A DNA stretch of 64,000 nt from Nitrospinales bacterium (GTDB lineage: Bacteria; Nitrospinota; Nitrospinia; Nitrospinales; VA-1). Numbering within the stretch: position 1 is the stretch's first letter; every line of letters begins with the position of its first letter. The stretch is taken from positions 2,336,001 to 2,400,000 of the forward strand of contig OZ253496.1 of NCBI GenBank assembly GCA_965262115.1, in the 5' to 3' direction. Shown one piece after another: positions 11,246 to 21,794 of the stretch. The position numbers were made by a program, and so were the translations under genes. The notes under the pieces were generated by a model. That model had not been told where the DNA came from. It was given only the letters and a program-made list of their open reading frames with translations, and made no database searches.

Positions 11246-12331
11246 TTACCTTAGCTTCAGGGTGCTGAGACTGATCATGGCCAAAACCACGGCGACAATC
11301 CAGAACCGCACAATGACTTTGGGCTCTGACCAGCCCATCTCCTCAAAATGGTGATGAAGCGGAGCCATTTTGAAAAAACGTTTTCCACCTGTGTATTTGA
11401 AATAACCAACCTGAATGATGACGGACAGCGCTTCAATCACGAAAATTCCACCAACAAGAATCAACAGAAGTTCATGCTTGACGATCACTGCGATGGTGCC
11501 CAACACACCTCCCAGAGACAAGGACCCGACATCGCCCATAAATATTTGTGCGGGATAGGAGTTGTACCAAAGGAAACCCAGACTGGCTCCAACAACGGCT
11601 GAGCTGGCGACCGCGATTTCTCCCGCCTCTTTGATGTGTTGAATGCGCAAGTATTCCGAAAAATTAAAATGACCAGAGATATAAACGATGCCGGTATAAG
11701 TGAATGTGGCGACGATAATGGGGCCGATGGCCAATCCATCGAGACCGTCCGTCAGATTGACGGCGTTGGAGGTACCCACCATTATGAAGACAATAAAAAT
11801 CAGATAGCCAAATCCCAAGTCGTGTTGGAAACTTTTAAAGAAGGGGACCGACAAACGTGTGGCATATTCGGCACGCGCAGGATCGAAATACAGCAGATAA
11901 ACTCCAATCGCCAGGCTCAACAATATCTGGAGAAAAATCTTTTCTTTTGCGGAAATACCATCCCCTTTTCTTAATTTGATGAAATCGTCTCGGAGCCCGA
12001 TAGCTCCAAAACCAATAGCGGAAAGAATAACGACCCAGATATAGTGATTGCTTAAATCAGCCCAAAGCAAAGTGGAGCCTATGAAGGTTGCTAGAATAAG
12101 CAGCCCACCCATCGTCGGAGTTCCAGACTTGGAACTGTGATGCTGCGGACCGTCACTGCGAATCTTTTCCTGTATCTGCAATCTCTGCAAAGCGCGAATC
12201 ATCAACTTGCCTAGAATCAGGCTCAATGCCAACGCCGTGATTCCGGCATATGCAGACCGGAAGGTGATGTACTTGAAGACATTGAGTACCGAATATTCCG
12301 AGCTGAGCGGATAAAACAAGTGATAGAACAT
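11246..12331 (-). CDS. mraY: Phospho-MurNAc-pentapeptide transferase
   Basis: TPTMGG, NAVNLTDGLDG, FMGDVG, APLHHHFE. Confidence 0.99.
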   Translation of the reverse strand: MFYHLFYPLSSEYSVLNVFKYITFRSAYAGITALALSLILGKLMIRALQRLQIQEKIRSDGPQHHSSKSGTPTMGGLLILATFIGSTLLWADLSNHYIWVVILSAIGFGAIGLRDDFIKLRKGDGISAKEKIFLQILLSLAIGVYLLYFDPARAEYATRLSVPFFKSFQHDLGFGYLIFIVFIMVGTSNAVNLTDGLDGLAIGPIIVATFTYTGIVYISGHFNFSEYLRIQHIKEAGEIAVASSAVVGASLGFLWYNSYPAQIFMGDVGSLSLGGVLGTIAVIVKHELLLILVGGIFVIEALSVIIQVGYFKYTGGKRFFKMAPLHHHFEEMGWSEPKVIVRFWIVAVVLAMISLSTLKLR

Positions 12332-12333
12332 TT

Positions 12334-13737
12334 TTAATTTTTATCTGCGATAAAGATTTGTAATACTTTTTCCATTGTGGCCCCTCGTGAGCCTTTGAAC
12401 ATCACGCAATCGCCACTTACTGCTTCCTGGGTTAAAAACTCTGCCGCCTCCTGATGGTCGGTGAATTCCAGGATATGAATTTTTTCTCCTGAAAGAGTTC
12501 GAGCACTTTTTGCTGCCAGGCCTGCCAGTTTCCCGACTGCGACCAGAATATTTGTTTTAGATTCGGCTATTTCCTCTCCCAGCTTTTGATGGACGGCGAT
12601 AGACCGATCTCCCAATTCGAGCATGTCTCCGATCACGAATATCCGTCGGCCCTGAGTTTTGAAGTCATCCAGTGTTTTCAGGGCTTCGGTCATAGACCGG
12701 GGATTGGCGTTGTAAGCGTCGTTAATCAGATCAATCCCTTTGTGCCGGATTTGTTCGTTGCGCTGGGACATGCGTTGGTGATTCTCCAGTCCGCGAGTCA
12801 TGGCTTCTTCCTGGATCCCCAGCGAATAACCGGTCGCCAGCGCGGCCAACGCGTTATAAATGTTGCAGTAGCCCAGATAAGGAAGACGAACGGAAAGAGT
12901 TTTGTCGAAAAGGCTGACTTTGAATTGAAACCCAAGATTGTCCTTGCTTTCTATTTCGCTGGCCCGCACATCCGCAGGCTGATCAATGCCAAAGGTAACG
13001 GTTCTCGCACGAAGTGACCGAGCCAGTTCCAGAACCAGCGGGTCATCGGCGTTAACAATAGCCGTGCCTTCTTTTGTCAATGCCTGAAACAGCTCTCCTT
13101 TTGCGGACTGAATGTCTTTCAGACTCTTCAATTGCACCAGATGCCCTTCGGAGATATTGGTGATCACACCAATATCGGGTTGCGCGATCTCTGCCAGCTT
13201 TTTAATCTCACCTGCCGCACTCATCCCCAACTCAAGAACTCCTATTTCATGAGAGGGTTCTCTTTTTAGAAGGGTCAGGGGCAGACCGATATGGTTGTTC
13301 AGGTTGCCCTGTGTCTTCAAAGTCTTGAATTTGGTTTCCAATATAGAAGCGATCATTTCTTTAGTGGTCGATTTTCCGTTTGTTCCAGTAACGGCAACAA
13401 CCTGAAGCGGAAACCGTTTTCTCTGAAAGCCTGCTAAATCCTGCAAGGCTTTAAGCGTGTCCTGAACATGAATCACAAAAGGTTCTTCCCCGGTCTGGGC
13501 AGGATTATCCGGAAGCTTTTCCGGATTGGACAGAATGATTCCCCCAACCTTTTTATCAATCATGTCAGCCAGAAAGTCATGTCCGTCAAACCGTTCCCCT
13601 TTAATACAAATGAACAATTCCCCTTTTGAGATCGTCCGGGAATTTATGGAGACCCCCTGAAAAGGACGAGCGAGGTCTCCTTGCAAGAGTCGGCCTTCAA
13701 ATGCATTGAGGCAATCTTGTGTTTGACCTTTCATCAA
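12334..13737 (-). CDS. murF: UDP-MurNAc-tripeptide--D-Ala-D-Ala ligase
   Basis: TGTNGKSTTKE, NNHIGLP, DAYNANP, KGSRG. Confidence 0.97.
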   Translation of the reverse strand: MMKGQTQDCLNAFEGRLLQGDLARPFQGVSINSRTISKGELFICIKGERFDGHDFLADMIDKKVGGIILSNPEKLPDNPAQTGEEPFVIHVQDTLKALQDLAGFQRKRFPLQVVAVTGTNGKSTTKEMIASILETKFKTLKTQGNLNNHIGLPLTLLKREPSHEIGVLELGMSAAGEIKKLAEIAQPDIGVITNISEGHLVQLKSLKDIQSAKGELFQALTKEGTAIVNADDPLVLELARSLRARTVTFGIDQPADVRASEIESKDNLGFQFKVSLFDKTLSVRLPYLGYCNIYNALAALATGYSLGIQEEAMTRGLENHQRMSQRNEQIRHKGIDLINDAYNANPRSMTEALKTLDDFKTQGRRIFVIGDMLELGDRSIAVHQKLGEEIAESKTNILVAVGKLAGLAAKSARTLSGEKIHILEFTDHQEAAEFLTQEAVSGDCVMFKGSRGATMEKVLQIFIADKN

Positions 13738-15296
13738 TGGCTTCGTTTCCTTAAAGCTGAACGGGCAACTTCCCGATCATCAAAGTGAATAGTTTGCGTT
13801 GCCAAAATCTGATAGTCCTCATGACCTTTTCCGGCTATGAGAACTAAATCGTTTTTGTCAGCGAGGTGGATAGCATGTTCAATAGCCTCTTTCCGATTGA
13901 TGATGGCGGCATAATCATCCCCCTTGTGGGCAGAGGAAGGAACACCTTGAAGAATGTCCCCAATGATCTGTTCGGGATCTTCTGTTCTAGGATTGTCAGA
14001 GGTGATGATAGAAAAATCGGCTTCCTTCAAAACGGCTTGTCCCATGGCTTTTCTTTTGCCCTTGTCCCTGTCGCCGCCGCAACCGAATACAACAATCAGC
14101 TTTCCTTCGGTAAATGCTTTTGCCGCAGAGATTGCATTGCAAAGTGCGTCATCGGTATGTGCGTAATCCACCAGCACGGAAATCCCCTGGCTGTTATCAA
14201 TGCTTTCAAATCGGCCGGGAATAGGCTGGATGTGGCGAAACACTTCCTGAACCTTTTCCAGGGAAACACCCTGAACCATAGCTCCCGCTGCCGCGGAGAG
14301 GAGGTTGTGAATGTTGTGCCGACCGAGGAGGTTGGAGTGGATTTCTCCAGCCCCAAAGGGAGTTTTCAAGGTAAATTGGCAACCTGATTTTGTGAGTACA
14401 ATATTTTCAGCCTTAAAATCCGCGTTACTGTCGATGCCTGTGGTGAAGGAATCTGCTTTAAATTCTCCAGCGAATTCTCGCCCTACCGAATCGTCAATAT
14501 TGAAAATTCTCTGTTGCACCCGATTATCCAGAAAAAGTTTTTTCTTGGCGTTTTTGTAGCTCTCCATATCGCCATGGAAATCCAGATGATCACGGGTCAG
14601 ATTGGTGAAAATTCCCACCTTAAATTGCATGTCATGAACACGGCTCTGGTATAGGGCGTGGGAAGAGACCTCAAGAAAACAATATTCAATTTTTTCTTCG
14701 ATCATTGCGTCCAGCATCCGATTCAAATCCAGGGATTCAGGTGTGGTGACAGGGGCAGAAAGTTTTTTATCCCCGTAATGGTAATTGATGGTTCCAATAA
14801 CTCCCGTCCGCACTTCTTTTGCCCTGAACAAAGCCTCAAGGATATAGGACGTGGTGGTTTTCCCGTTGGTACCGGTGATTCCCGTTACGGCTAAGCGCTC
14901 TGATGGGCGGCGGTAAAAACTGGCACTGACGATAGAAAGTGCTTTTCGGGAATCTTCCACGCACAAGGCTGTTACGTCACGCGACCCCAGGTCGAGCCCG
15001 CCCAGGGAATCAAGAGGGGTTTGGGTGATAAACGCTGAGGCTCCTTTGGCGATTGCATCTTTTATGAACACGCCGCCATCCCAGTTTCTCCCGGGTATGG
15101 CTACAAACAAGCTGTCCAGCCCGGATTTTCTGGAGTCGAAGACGATTTCGCGAATAGCCCGGTCCATGGTTCCCAAAATATTGGTAACCGGTAAACCCAG
15201 GATTAAGCGCGAAAGTTTTTGTTCGTTATGATCAGTCACGTTAAGGTAACCACTTTCAGGGAATACCAGCCAGTTTGTTGGACTTGTTGATCCCAT
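13734..15296 (-). CDS. murE: UDP-MurNAc-L-Ala-D-Glu--meso-DAP ligase
   Basis: TGTNGKTT, TTPE, DYAHT, DNPR (DAP-type), AGKGHEDYQ; start taken at the ATG overlapping the ftsI stop (TGATG), uncertain. Confidence 0.96.
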   Translation of the reverse strand: MGSTSPTNWLVFPESGYLNVTDHNEQKLSRLILGLPVTNILGTMDRAIREIVFDSRKSGLDSLFVAIPGRNWDGGVFIKDAIAKGASAFITQTPLDSLGGLDLGSRDVTALCVEDSRKALSIVSASFYRRPSERLAVTGITGTNGKTTTSYILEALFRAKEVRTGVIGTINYHYGDKKLSAPVTTPESLDLNRMLDAMIEEKIEYCFLEVSSHALYQSRVHDMQFKVGIFTNLTRDHLDFHGDMESYKNAKKKLFLDNRVQQRIFNIDDSVGREFAGEFKADSFTTGIDSNADFKAENIVLTKSGCQFTLKTPFGAGEIHSNLLGRHNIHNLLSAAAGAMVQGVSLEKVQEVFRHIQPIPGRFESIDNSQGISVLVDYAHTDDALCNAISAAKAFTEGKLIVVFGCGGDRDKGKRKAMGQAVLKEADFSIITSDNPRTEDPEQIIGDILQGVPSSAHKGDDYAAIINRKEAIEHAIHLADKNDLVLIAGKGHEDYQILATQTIHFDDREVARSALRKRSH

Positions 15297-17035
15297 CAGG
15301 CTCGATCGAGAATAAAAACACGTTCTTTGCTTGACGGAACGTTTAAATAACGCAGCGCCTTTTTTGCTATTTTCTGGAATACCGGTGCGGCCACAACACT
15401 TCCCCAATGCGACCCCTTGGGGTTGTCGATCATCACCAAGATCACAATCCGTGGAGAATCTGCCGGAGCAAAACCAATAAAAGAAGAAATGAATTCTGTT
15501 TTGGAGTAGGACTGAGTCTCCATATTATATTTCTGCGCCGTCCCGGTTTTGCCCGCCACGTCAAACCCTTCCAAGTCCGCTTTTTCCCCAGTTCCGTGTT
15601 TCACCGCCGACTTGAGGATCTCAACCATTTGAAGGCTGGCTTTTTCAGAAATGACCCGCCGCACTTTTTTCGGCTTAAATTGCTCCACGATCTTCCCGTC
15701 TTTAATCAACGCCTTGGTGATATGAGGCTCCATAAGATTTCCGCCATTGGCGATTGCCGCAAGAGCGCCGACCATTTGAATGGGGGTCACGGCGATCTCG
15801 TGCCCAAAAGAAATAGAGGCGAGAGACATCCCGGTCCAATTTTTCTGGTCCTTGAGCTGGCCTGCGGATTCGCCGGGGAGTGACAGGCCGGATTTTTCAC
15901 CGAACCCGAATTTGCGGATGTACTCATAAAAAGGTTTCCTGCCAACCTGCTGGGCAATTTTGATCGCTCCGATGTTGCTGGATTTGGCAATGATGTCGCG
16001 CATGGTCAGCCAGCCAAATTTATGCTCGGAAGCCTCTCCGATATAGGCTTTCCCGATTTTAAGTTTTCCGTTTTCACAAAAGTAAATATCTTGTGGCCTG
16101 GCCAACCCTATATCGAGGGCTGTGGCGGCAACGATGGGTTTGAAAATCGATCCGGGCTCGTAAGAACTGGCGACGATATTATTTTTCCAGACTTTCCGGG
16201 AAAATGCCCCGTAGTGGTTTGGGTTGAATTGAGGGACATTAGCCATCGCATAAATTTCCCCCGTGTAAGGATCCATAACAACAGCCATCCCTGAGTCTGC
16301 ATTAAAACGTTCAACTTGTTTTTTTAAATGATATTCGGTGGTGAATTGAATGGCCTCATCCAGAGTAAGAACCATGTCATAACTTCTGGATCTGTGCAAT
16401 CCATCAAGGGTTTGAATATTTCTTCCGCGGGCATCGTGTTCTGTAACCTGCCTGATGGTGGTGCCCTTGAGCCTGGATTGATGGGCATGCTCAATACCGG
16501 CAAGGCCTTGATTGTCTATGCCGACAAACCCCAAAACACTTGCTGCAAGTTCCCGCTTTGGATAAAATCTTTTTTGTTCGGAAACGAATCCTACACCTGA
16601 AATACCGGCTTGCTTTAGCGCCGCAACCTCACCAAGACCGCTTTTCCGTTTAATCCAGACAAAATGTTTTTTGGAAGAGATCTTTTTGTAGACCTGATCC
16701 CGGTCCAGTTTCAGTGTTGCCGAAAGAACGCGGGCGGTTTTCTTTCGGTCCAGTATTTCCGAAGGGGTTGCATAAACAGATTCCACTTCGACATTTCGTG
16801 CGAGCTCGTTCAGGTTCCGGTCATAGATCACTCCGCGCCCGAATTGAGTTTCGACAGTGCCCATGTACTGCTTTTCGGATTGTGCCAGGAGGGTTTCATG
16901 CTGAACGATCTGCAGAAAAGCCAGCCGAGCGATCAAGGCGGCTCCGAACAGGAAGAGCAATACCGAGACAACCCACAGCCGGGTTTTAATCCAATCTCTA
17001 AACGTTCCAGCGACCTGTTTGTTATTTTTTGCCAT
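15296..17035 (-). CDS. ftsI: Class B penicillin-binding protein FtsI/PBP3
   Basis: TM anchor, RGVIYDRN, SxxK (GSIFK), SSN, KTGTAQ. Confidence 0.96.
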   Translation of the reverse strand: MAKNNKQVAGTFRDWIKTRLWVVSVLLFLFGAALIARLAFLQIVQHETLLAQSEKQYMGTVETQFGRGVIYDRNLNELARNVEVESVYATPSEILDRKKTARVLSATLKLDRDQVYKKISSKKHFVWIKRKSGLGEVAALKQAGISGVGFVSEQKRFYPKRELAASVLGFVGIDNQGLAGIEHAHQSRLKGTTIRQVTEHDARGRNIQTLDGLHRSRSYDMVLTLDEAIQFTTEYHLKKQVERFNADSGMAVVMDPYTGEIYAMANVPQFNPNHYGAFSRKVWKNNIVASSYEPGSIFKPIVAATALDIGLARPQDIYFCENGKLKIGKAYIGEASEHKFGWLTMRDIIAKSSNIGAIKIAQQVGRKPFYEYIRKFGFGEKSGLSLPGESAGQLKDQKNWTGMSLASISFGHEIAVTPIQMVGALAAIANGGNLMEPHITKALIKDGKIVEQFKPKKVRRVISEKASLQMVEILKSAVKHGTGEKADLEGFDVAGKTGTAQKYNMETQSYSKTEFISSFIGFAPADSPRIVILVMIDNPKGSHWGSVVAAPVFQKIAKKALRYLNVPSSKERVFILDRA

Positions 17036-17039
17036 ATTT

Positions 17040-17357
17040 TTATTTCAGGAAAATGGTGATCACTTTACCTTCATCAGATTCTTTCATTCCCACCGCGGTT
17101 TTAGCCAAAAAATGAACGCGATCCAGGGATCTCAGGCTTTCGCGTTCAAGGCTGAGCAGGTGGTTCTCTTTCAACAGTTTCCTGCGTTCTTTGGCCAGAT
17201 CCTGATACTCATAGGCCAGATTGATTTTTTTTACATTGGGCCAAACCAGGGCCAATGCTCCGAGCATGAACAGGATGGAGATCGAAATGACCATCCAGAA
17301 ATCTTTAGATGAAACATGGAGTCGGCCCTTGATAAGCCCACGAACTCCGTCAAACAT
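17040..17357 (-). CDS. ftsL: Cell division protein FtsL
   Basis: Small bitopic protein with coiled coil, between rsmH and ftsI. Confidence 0.85.
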   Translation of the reverse strand: MFDGVRGLIKGRLHVSSKDFWMVISISILFMLGALALVWPNVKKINLAYEYQDLAKERRKLLKENHLLSLERESLRSLDRVHFLAKTAVGMKESDEGKVITIFLK

Positions 17358-18288
17358 AAACTCTTTCGGCGACCCTCAATTTCGCGCTTATTGATCGTGG
17401 ATTTTGCGCCACCTCTTCTTCTGAAGGCACAAGGGGTTTGCGAGTCAAAACTTTTAAGGTCTGCGTTCTTCCACAAATACACATAGGTATTTTGGGTGGA
17501 CATGAGCACCCTTTTTCCTCAGATCTAAAAAATGTTTTTACGATCCTGTCCTCCAGAGAGTGAAACGAGATCACTGCAACGCGGGCTGTTGAATTGAGCA
17601 GTCCCATCATGTCGGCCAATGCCGTTTTCAGTTGTTCCAGCTCATCATTGACGGCTATTCTCAGAGCCTGAAACGTCCTTGTTGCTGGATGGATCCGTGA
17701 ATGCCGGGGCGATGACACCCCCCGCGCTACAATTCGGGAAAACTGACCGGTGGTGGTGATGGGACGCTCAGCCTGTTCCTTGCGAATTGCGCGGACGATT
17801 CGTTTTGAATAACGCTCTTCGCCAAAATTTTTAATAATGGATGCCAGTTCCGCGTCAGAAAGTTTTGCCAGAAGATCGGCGGCTGAAGTTTTCTGGGAGG
17901 AGTCCATTCGCATATCGAGCGGACCATCATGCTGTATGCTGAAGCCGCGCTCGGCTGTGTCCAACTGGGGCGAAGAAACCCCCAGATCCATCAGTAGTCC
18001 AACTACACCTGTGATCCCGTTTTCGGCTACGAGGCTTTTAAGGTTTCCCAGATTGCCGTGGGCCAGAGTTACCCTGTCGCGGAAAGGAGACAGTCTTTCG
18101 CTGGCCCGCTCTATAGCGGAGCGGTCCCGGTCGATTGCGAAAACCCGGATTTCGGGAGCTGTGTTTTTAAGGATGAATTCCGTATGGCCTCCATCCCCGA
18201 GTGTGCCATCCACGATTACACCCTCCATGTGAACATTCAGGTAATGAAGCACTTCGTTTTTCATTACCGTTTCGTGGTACGTTGGCAT
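17350..18288 (-). CDS. rsmH: 16S rRNA m4C1402 methyltransferase
   Basis: DGTLGDGGH, DLGVSSPQLD, HPATRTFQALRI, ISFHSLEDR. Confidence 0.98.
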   Translation of the reverse strand: MPTYHETVMKNEVLHYLNVHMEGVIVDGTLGDGGHTEFILKNTAPEIRVFAIDRDRSAIERASERLSPFRDRVTLAHGNLGNLKSLVAENGITGVVGLLMDLGVSSPQLDTAERGFSIQHDGPLDMRMDSSQKTSAADLLAKLSDAELASIIKNFGEERYSKRIVRAIRKEQAERPITTTGQFSRIVARGVSSPRHSRIHPATRTFQALRIAVNDELEQLKTALADMMGLLNSTARVAVISFHSLEDRIVKTFFRSEEKGCSCPPKIPMCICGRTQTLKVLTRKPLVPSEEEVAQNPRSISAKLRVAERVYV

Positions 18289-18335
18289 GATATTTTTGGC
18301 GACTCCCTAGATGGCTAATGTCTACGGAATGCCCT

Positions 18336-18725
18336 TTATGCTTTCTCCTGCTTGGACCATTCTTCGGGGGACCAGACTTCAAAGGTTTTGGACATTCCCA
18401 CCAGAATGGCTTCTTTGCTCAACCCTGCAATGTCTCTCTGGTTGGCAGGGAGCAAAATCTTTCCTGATTTCATTTCGCACTCAGTTGCTTTAGAATAAAA
18501 TTCGCGCAATCGGTTACGGTCGGCCTTGTCAAATGCGTTCAGGTCGCTCAGCTTGGCCTCGTTTTCGGACCATTCTTTCTGGGGAAAGACGACCAGATAA
18601 TGGTCCATCACACACACCACCAACTGTGGGCCAAACTGTTCCAGCGCACTGCGAAACTTCGCGGGTACGTTGAAACGGCCCTTGTCGTCCAGGCTGATGT
18701 TGTAGGTGCCTAAAAAATTGTTCAT
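18336..18725 (-). CDS. mraZ: Division/cell wall cluster transcriptional regulator MraZ
   Basis: FLGTYNISLDDKGR..P, first gene of the dcw cluster. Confidence 0.93.
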   Translation of the reverse strand: MNNFLGTYNISLDDKGRFNVPAKFRSALEQFGPQLVVCVMDHYLVVFPQKEWSENEAKLSDLNAFDKADRNRLREFYSKATECEMKSGKILLPANQRDIAGLSKEAILVGMSKTFEVWSPEEWSKQEKA

Positions 18726-18755
18726 TGACTGTGTTCACCGATTCCGTGTAACTCT

Positions 18756-18819
18756 GACATAAAGTTACATTTTACGACACTTTAGTACACAATCCTATCA
18801 TAACGGGACAATCTGTCAA
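18756..18819 (-). promoter_or_regulatory. dcw promoter with candidate MraZ operator (four RTGT boxes, 10-bp period)
   Basis: Minus strand TTGACA-N16-TAGGAT (18819-18792), then GTGTA/GTGTC/ATGTA/ATGTC spaced exactly 10 bp apart. Confidence 0.65.
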
Positions 18820-19126
18820 CTGAAAAGGAGACATAAATACTGATAAACTGTGCCGGGGGAAACGGGCTAACTTTTTATTTAAACAGGGGTTGGTCGCTTC
18901 CAAACGGGTCGCAAAAAGGTTTTTTCCTGGAGACAGGGTAAAATCGGGTTGTGACACCGCTATTATCGGAACCGGTCGAAAGTGCTATTTCCAGACCGAA
19001 TCGATGGAGGTAGGGCAACGGGGGAGTAGAACGACATATTTGAGTTAGTTCATTATATATAAATTTCCTTCTTCATGAATTTTTGGCCAGGGCTTATTTA
19101 TCCCTTTCCTTTTCAATGGATTTGCT

Positions 19127-19156
19127 TTGACAAGGCCAAATTCTGGATGTTACTAT
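19127..19156 (+). promoter_or_regulatory. Sigma70-type promoter of ccm operon
   Basis: TTGACA-N18-TACTAT with TGn extended -10. Confidence 0.55.
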
Positions 19157-19211
19157 GAAAAAAGCCTCAATAAATTAATAAAATTCTTTCGCCAGAGGAT
19201 GTGGGCCGGTT

Positions 19212-19703
19212 ATGAAGCAGAAAAAAATAAGGTTTTTAGTGGGTAGCTTGCTGATTGTCGGTGCCATCGGTTATCTGATTACAATGGGCATCAGCAATAC
19301 CTCTCAATATTTCTTTACCGTGGATGAGTTGATGAACCAGCAGGTCTCTTATGCCGGTGCGGGATTAAAAGTAAAAGGCAATGTGGTGAATGGCTCTATC
19401 CAAAGGGATCCCAACGATTATTTAAATGTGAAATTTTCCATCGAGGAGAACGATGCCTCGTTAAAGGTGGCTTATCAAGGGGTAACGCCGGATATGTTTA
19501 TAGATGGTGGTGAGGTGGTGGTCGAAGGAACTTTGGGAAAAGACGGAGTTTTTCACGCCAACACTTTATTGACCAGTTGCCCGTCAAAATATGAAGCTGA
19601 AAAAGAGGCCGGAAAGATGCACCCGGGAACATTCCCTCAAGCCGATAAGTATCGGAAGCCGGGCCTCAATAAAGCGGAAGCCTTGCCGAAAACAACAATC
19701 TGA
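19212..19703 (+). CDS. ccmE: Heme chaperone CcmE (CxxxY variant)
   Basis: TM anchor, YQGVTPDMF..GGEVVVEG, LLTSCPSKY. Confidence 0.95.
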   Translation: MKQKKIRFLVGSLLIVGAIGYLITMGISNTSQYFFTVDELMNQQVSYAGAGLKVKGNVVNGSIQRDPNDYLNVKFSIEENDASLKVAYQGVTPDMFIDGGEVVVEGTLGKDGVFHANTLLTSCPSKYEAEKEAGKMHPGTFPQADKYRKPGLNKAEALPKTTI

Positions 19704-19774
19704 CCTCCCCTATAAAATCGAGTAACCCAGCCATCCAGCATTAGTGCGGGATTAAAGGCGTTTGCATAGAAACC

Positions 19775-21790
19775 ATGAACGATATTGGTGAGTTTACATT
19801 ACTGGTAGCCTTGGCAACGGCTCTCTATGGTTGCGTTGCCTATGTAATGTCAGCCCGTGGAAACCGCATCGACCTTTATCTTAGCGCCGACAAGACCCCA
19901 TTTATTGTCTGGACATGCGTTATGATCTCTTCCATTTGTCTATGGAAGGCTTTTCTCACCGATGACTTCAGCCTTCAATACGTCTGGGCCTATTCCAACC
20001 GCGAGCTCGACACGTTTTATAAAGTGTCCTCATTCTGGGGCGGGCAAAAAGGTTCTCTGCTTTTCTGGACCCTGCTTCTCAGTACCTATATGCTCGTGGT
20101 TTATTTTCAGAACCGGAGTAAAAACCTCAGAGTGGTTCCCTATGCGATGGCAGTCATGCTTGCCGTCGTGGTGTTCTTTCTTTTCCTGATCAATTTTTCC
20201 ACTAATCCATTTGAGCGCATCCCTCTGCCTCCCGAAGATGGGCGCGGTCTGAATCCACTCCTGCAAAATTACTGGATGGTGATTCATCCGCCAACATTAT
20301 ATTTGGGATATGTTGGATTCACCGTCCCTTTCGCATTCGCAGTGGCGGCCCTTCTCAGCAAAAATCTGGATGACGGTTGGATTCGTATGACCCGGAAGTG
20401 GTCTTTGATCTCCTGGTTTTTTCTTTGCATGGGCAATTTGTTCGGAGCTTCCTGGGCTTATGTGGAACTGGGCTGGGGTGGTTACTGGGCCTGGGACCCT
20501 GTTGAGAACGCCGCATTCATGCCGTTGCTGATCGCAACCGCTTTTTTACATTCAGTGATGATTCAGGAAAAAAAGGACATGATGAAAGTCTGGAATATGT
20601 CCTTGATCCTTCTGACATTCGCGATGACGATTTTTGGAACGTTTATTACCCGTAGCGGTCTTATCCAGTCGGTGCATACCTTTGATGAAGCGACCTTGGG
20701 ATATTATTTTCTGGCATTTCTTTTTGTGATCATTGTCTCTTGCACAGCATTGATCATTGCGCGGCTTCCCCTGTTGAAGAGCGCGAACGAACTCGACTCT
20801 TTTTTGTCCCGAGAAAGTAGTTTTTTATTTAACAACCTGGTTTTACTGGGGATTGCTTTCGCGACGTTTTGGGGAACCATCTTCCCGATTATTTCAGAAG
20901 CCGTGCGGGGTGTGAAGATCACCGTAGGGCCGCCCTTCTATAATCAGGTTAACGTTCCCATAGGCCTTGCTCTGTTAGCGCTCATAGGCATTGGGCCTGT
21001 AATTGCATGGCGTCGGGCCACATTTTCCAACTTAAAAAAGAACTTTTTAAAACCTATCAGCGCTGGAATTGTTATGGCAGTGGCGTTGTTCCCGATCATT
21101 CCGTTAGGAAGTCGAGCCGAGATTTATACTTATGTGACATTTGTGCTTTGTGCTTTTGTGCTGACCAGTATCTTAACGGAGTTTTACAAAGGGACGGTTT
21201 CAAGAATAGGCTCGCATGATGAGTCTTTTGTTGGAGCTTTAACAACGATGACTTGGCGCAACAAGAGGCGGTATGGAGGTTACATCGTTCACATTGGCGT
21301 GGTGTTGATTTTTGCTGGCATTGCAGGTTCGAAGGCTTATGGAACCCATACGGAAAAACATCTGCAACTGGGTGACTCCTTTGAGATAAGAGGGTACACG
21401 ATCAAATATGAAAAACTGGTCGCGGTGCAGGCGACAAGCGTTAAGACCCGAATTATTGCCCAGCTTGCCGTAGAGCGTGATGGCAGGCGATATTGGACGG
21501 CCCACCCTGAAAAAGAATTTTATAAAGGACAGAACCAGCCGGTCTCGGAAGTGGATGTCCTGTCAACCTGGAAGGAAGATTTATATATGATCCTTGCGGA
21601 CTTTAGGGAAGATGAGTCGGCAACGATAAAAGTGTATGTGAACCCGATGGTCAGCTGGATTTGGACAGGCGGATGGATCATTGCTTTTGGAACGATGATC
21701 TCCATGTGGCCGGATCGATTAGAGCAACGTCGCCGTCTGGACAGAGTCCGCAGGCAGGAGCAGTTGTTCCCCTCTCCCGCACAGGAGTGA
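19775..21790 (+). CDS. ccmF: Cytochrome c heme lyase CcmF
   Basis: GLNPLLQN..MVIHPP, WGGYWAWDPVEN, SVHTF. Confidence 0.98.
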   Translation: MNDIGEFTLLVALATALYGCVAYVMSARGNRIDLYLSADKTPFIVWTCVMISSICLWKAFLTDDFSLQYVWAYSNRELDTFYKVSSFWGGQKGSLLFWTLLLSTYMLVVYFQNRSKNLRVVPYAMAVMLAVVVFFLFLINFSTNPFERIPLPPEDGRGLNPLLQNYWMVIHPPTLYLGYVGFTVPFAFAVAALLSKNLDDGWIRMTRKWSLISWFFLCMGNLFGASWAYVELGWGGYWAWDPVENAAFMPLLIATAFLHSVMIQEKKDMMKVWNMSLILLTFAMTIFGTFITRSGLIQSVHTFDEATLGYYFLAFLFVIIVSCTALIIARLPLLKSANELDSFLSRESSFLFNNLVLLGIAFATFWGTIFPIISEAVRGVKITVGPPFYNQVNVPIGLALLALIGIGPVIAWRRATFSNLKKNFLKPISAGIVMAVALFPIIPLGSRAEIYTYVTFVLCAFVLTSILTEFYKGTVSRIGSHDESFVGALTTMTWRNKRRYGGYIVHIGVVLIFAGIAGSKAYGTHTEKHLQLGDSFEIRGYTIKYEKLVAVQATSVKTRIIAQLAVERDGRRYWTAHPEKEFYKGQNQPVSEVDVLSTWKEDLYMILADFREDESATIKVYVNPMVSWIWTGGWIIAFGTMISMWPDRLEQRRRLDRVRRQEQLFPSPAQE

Positions 21791-21794
21791 CCGA

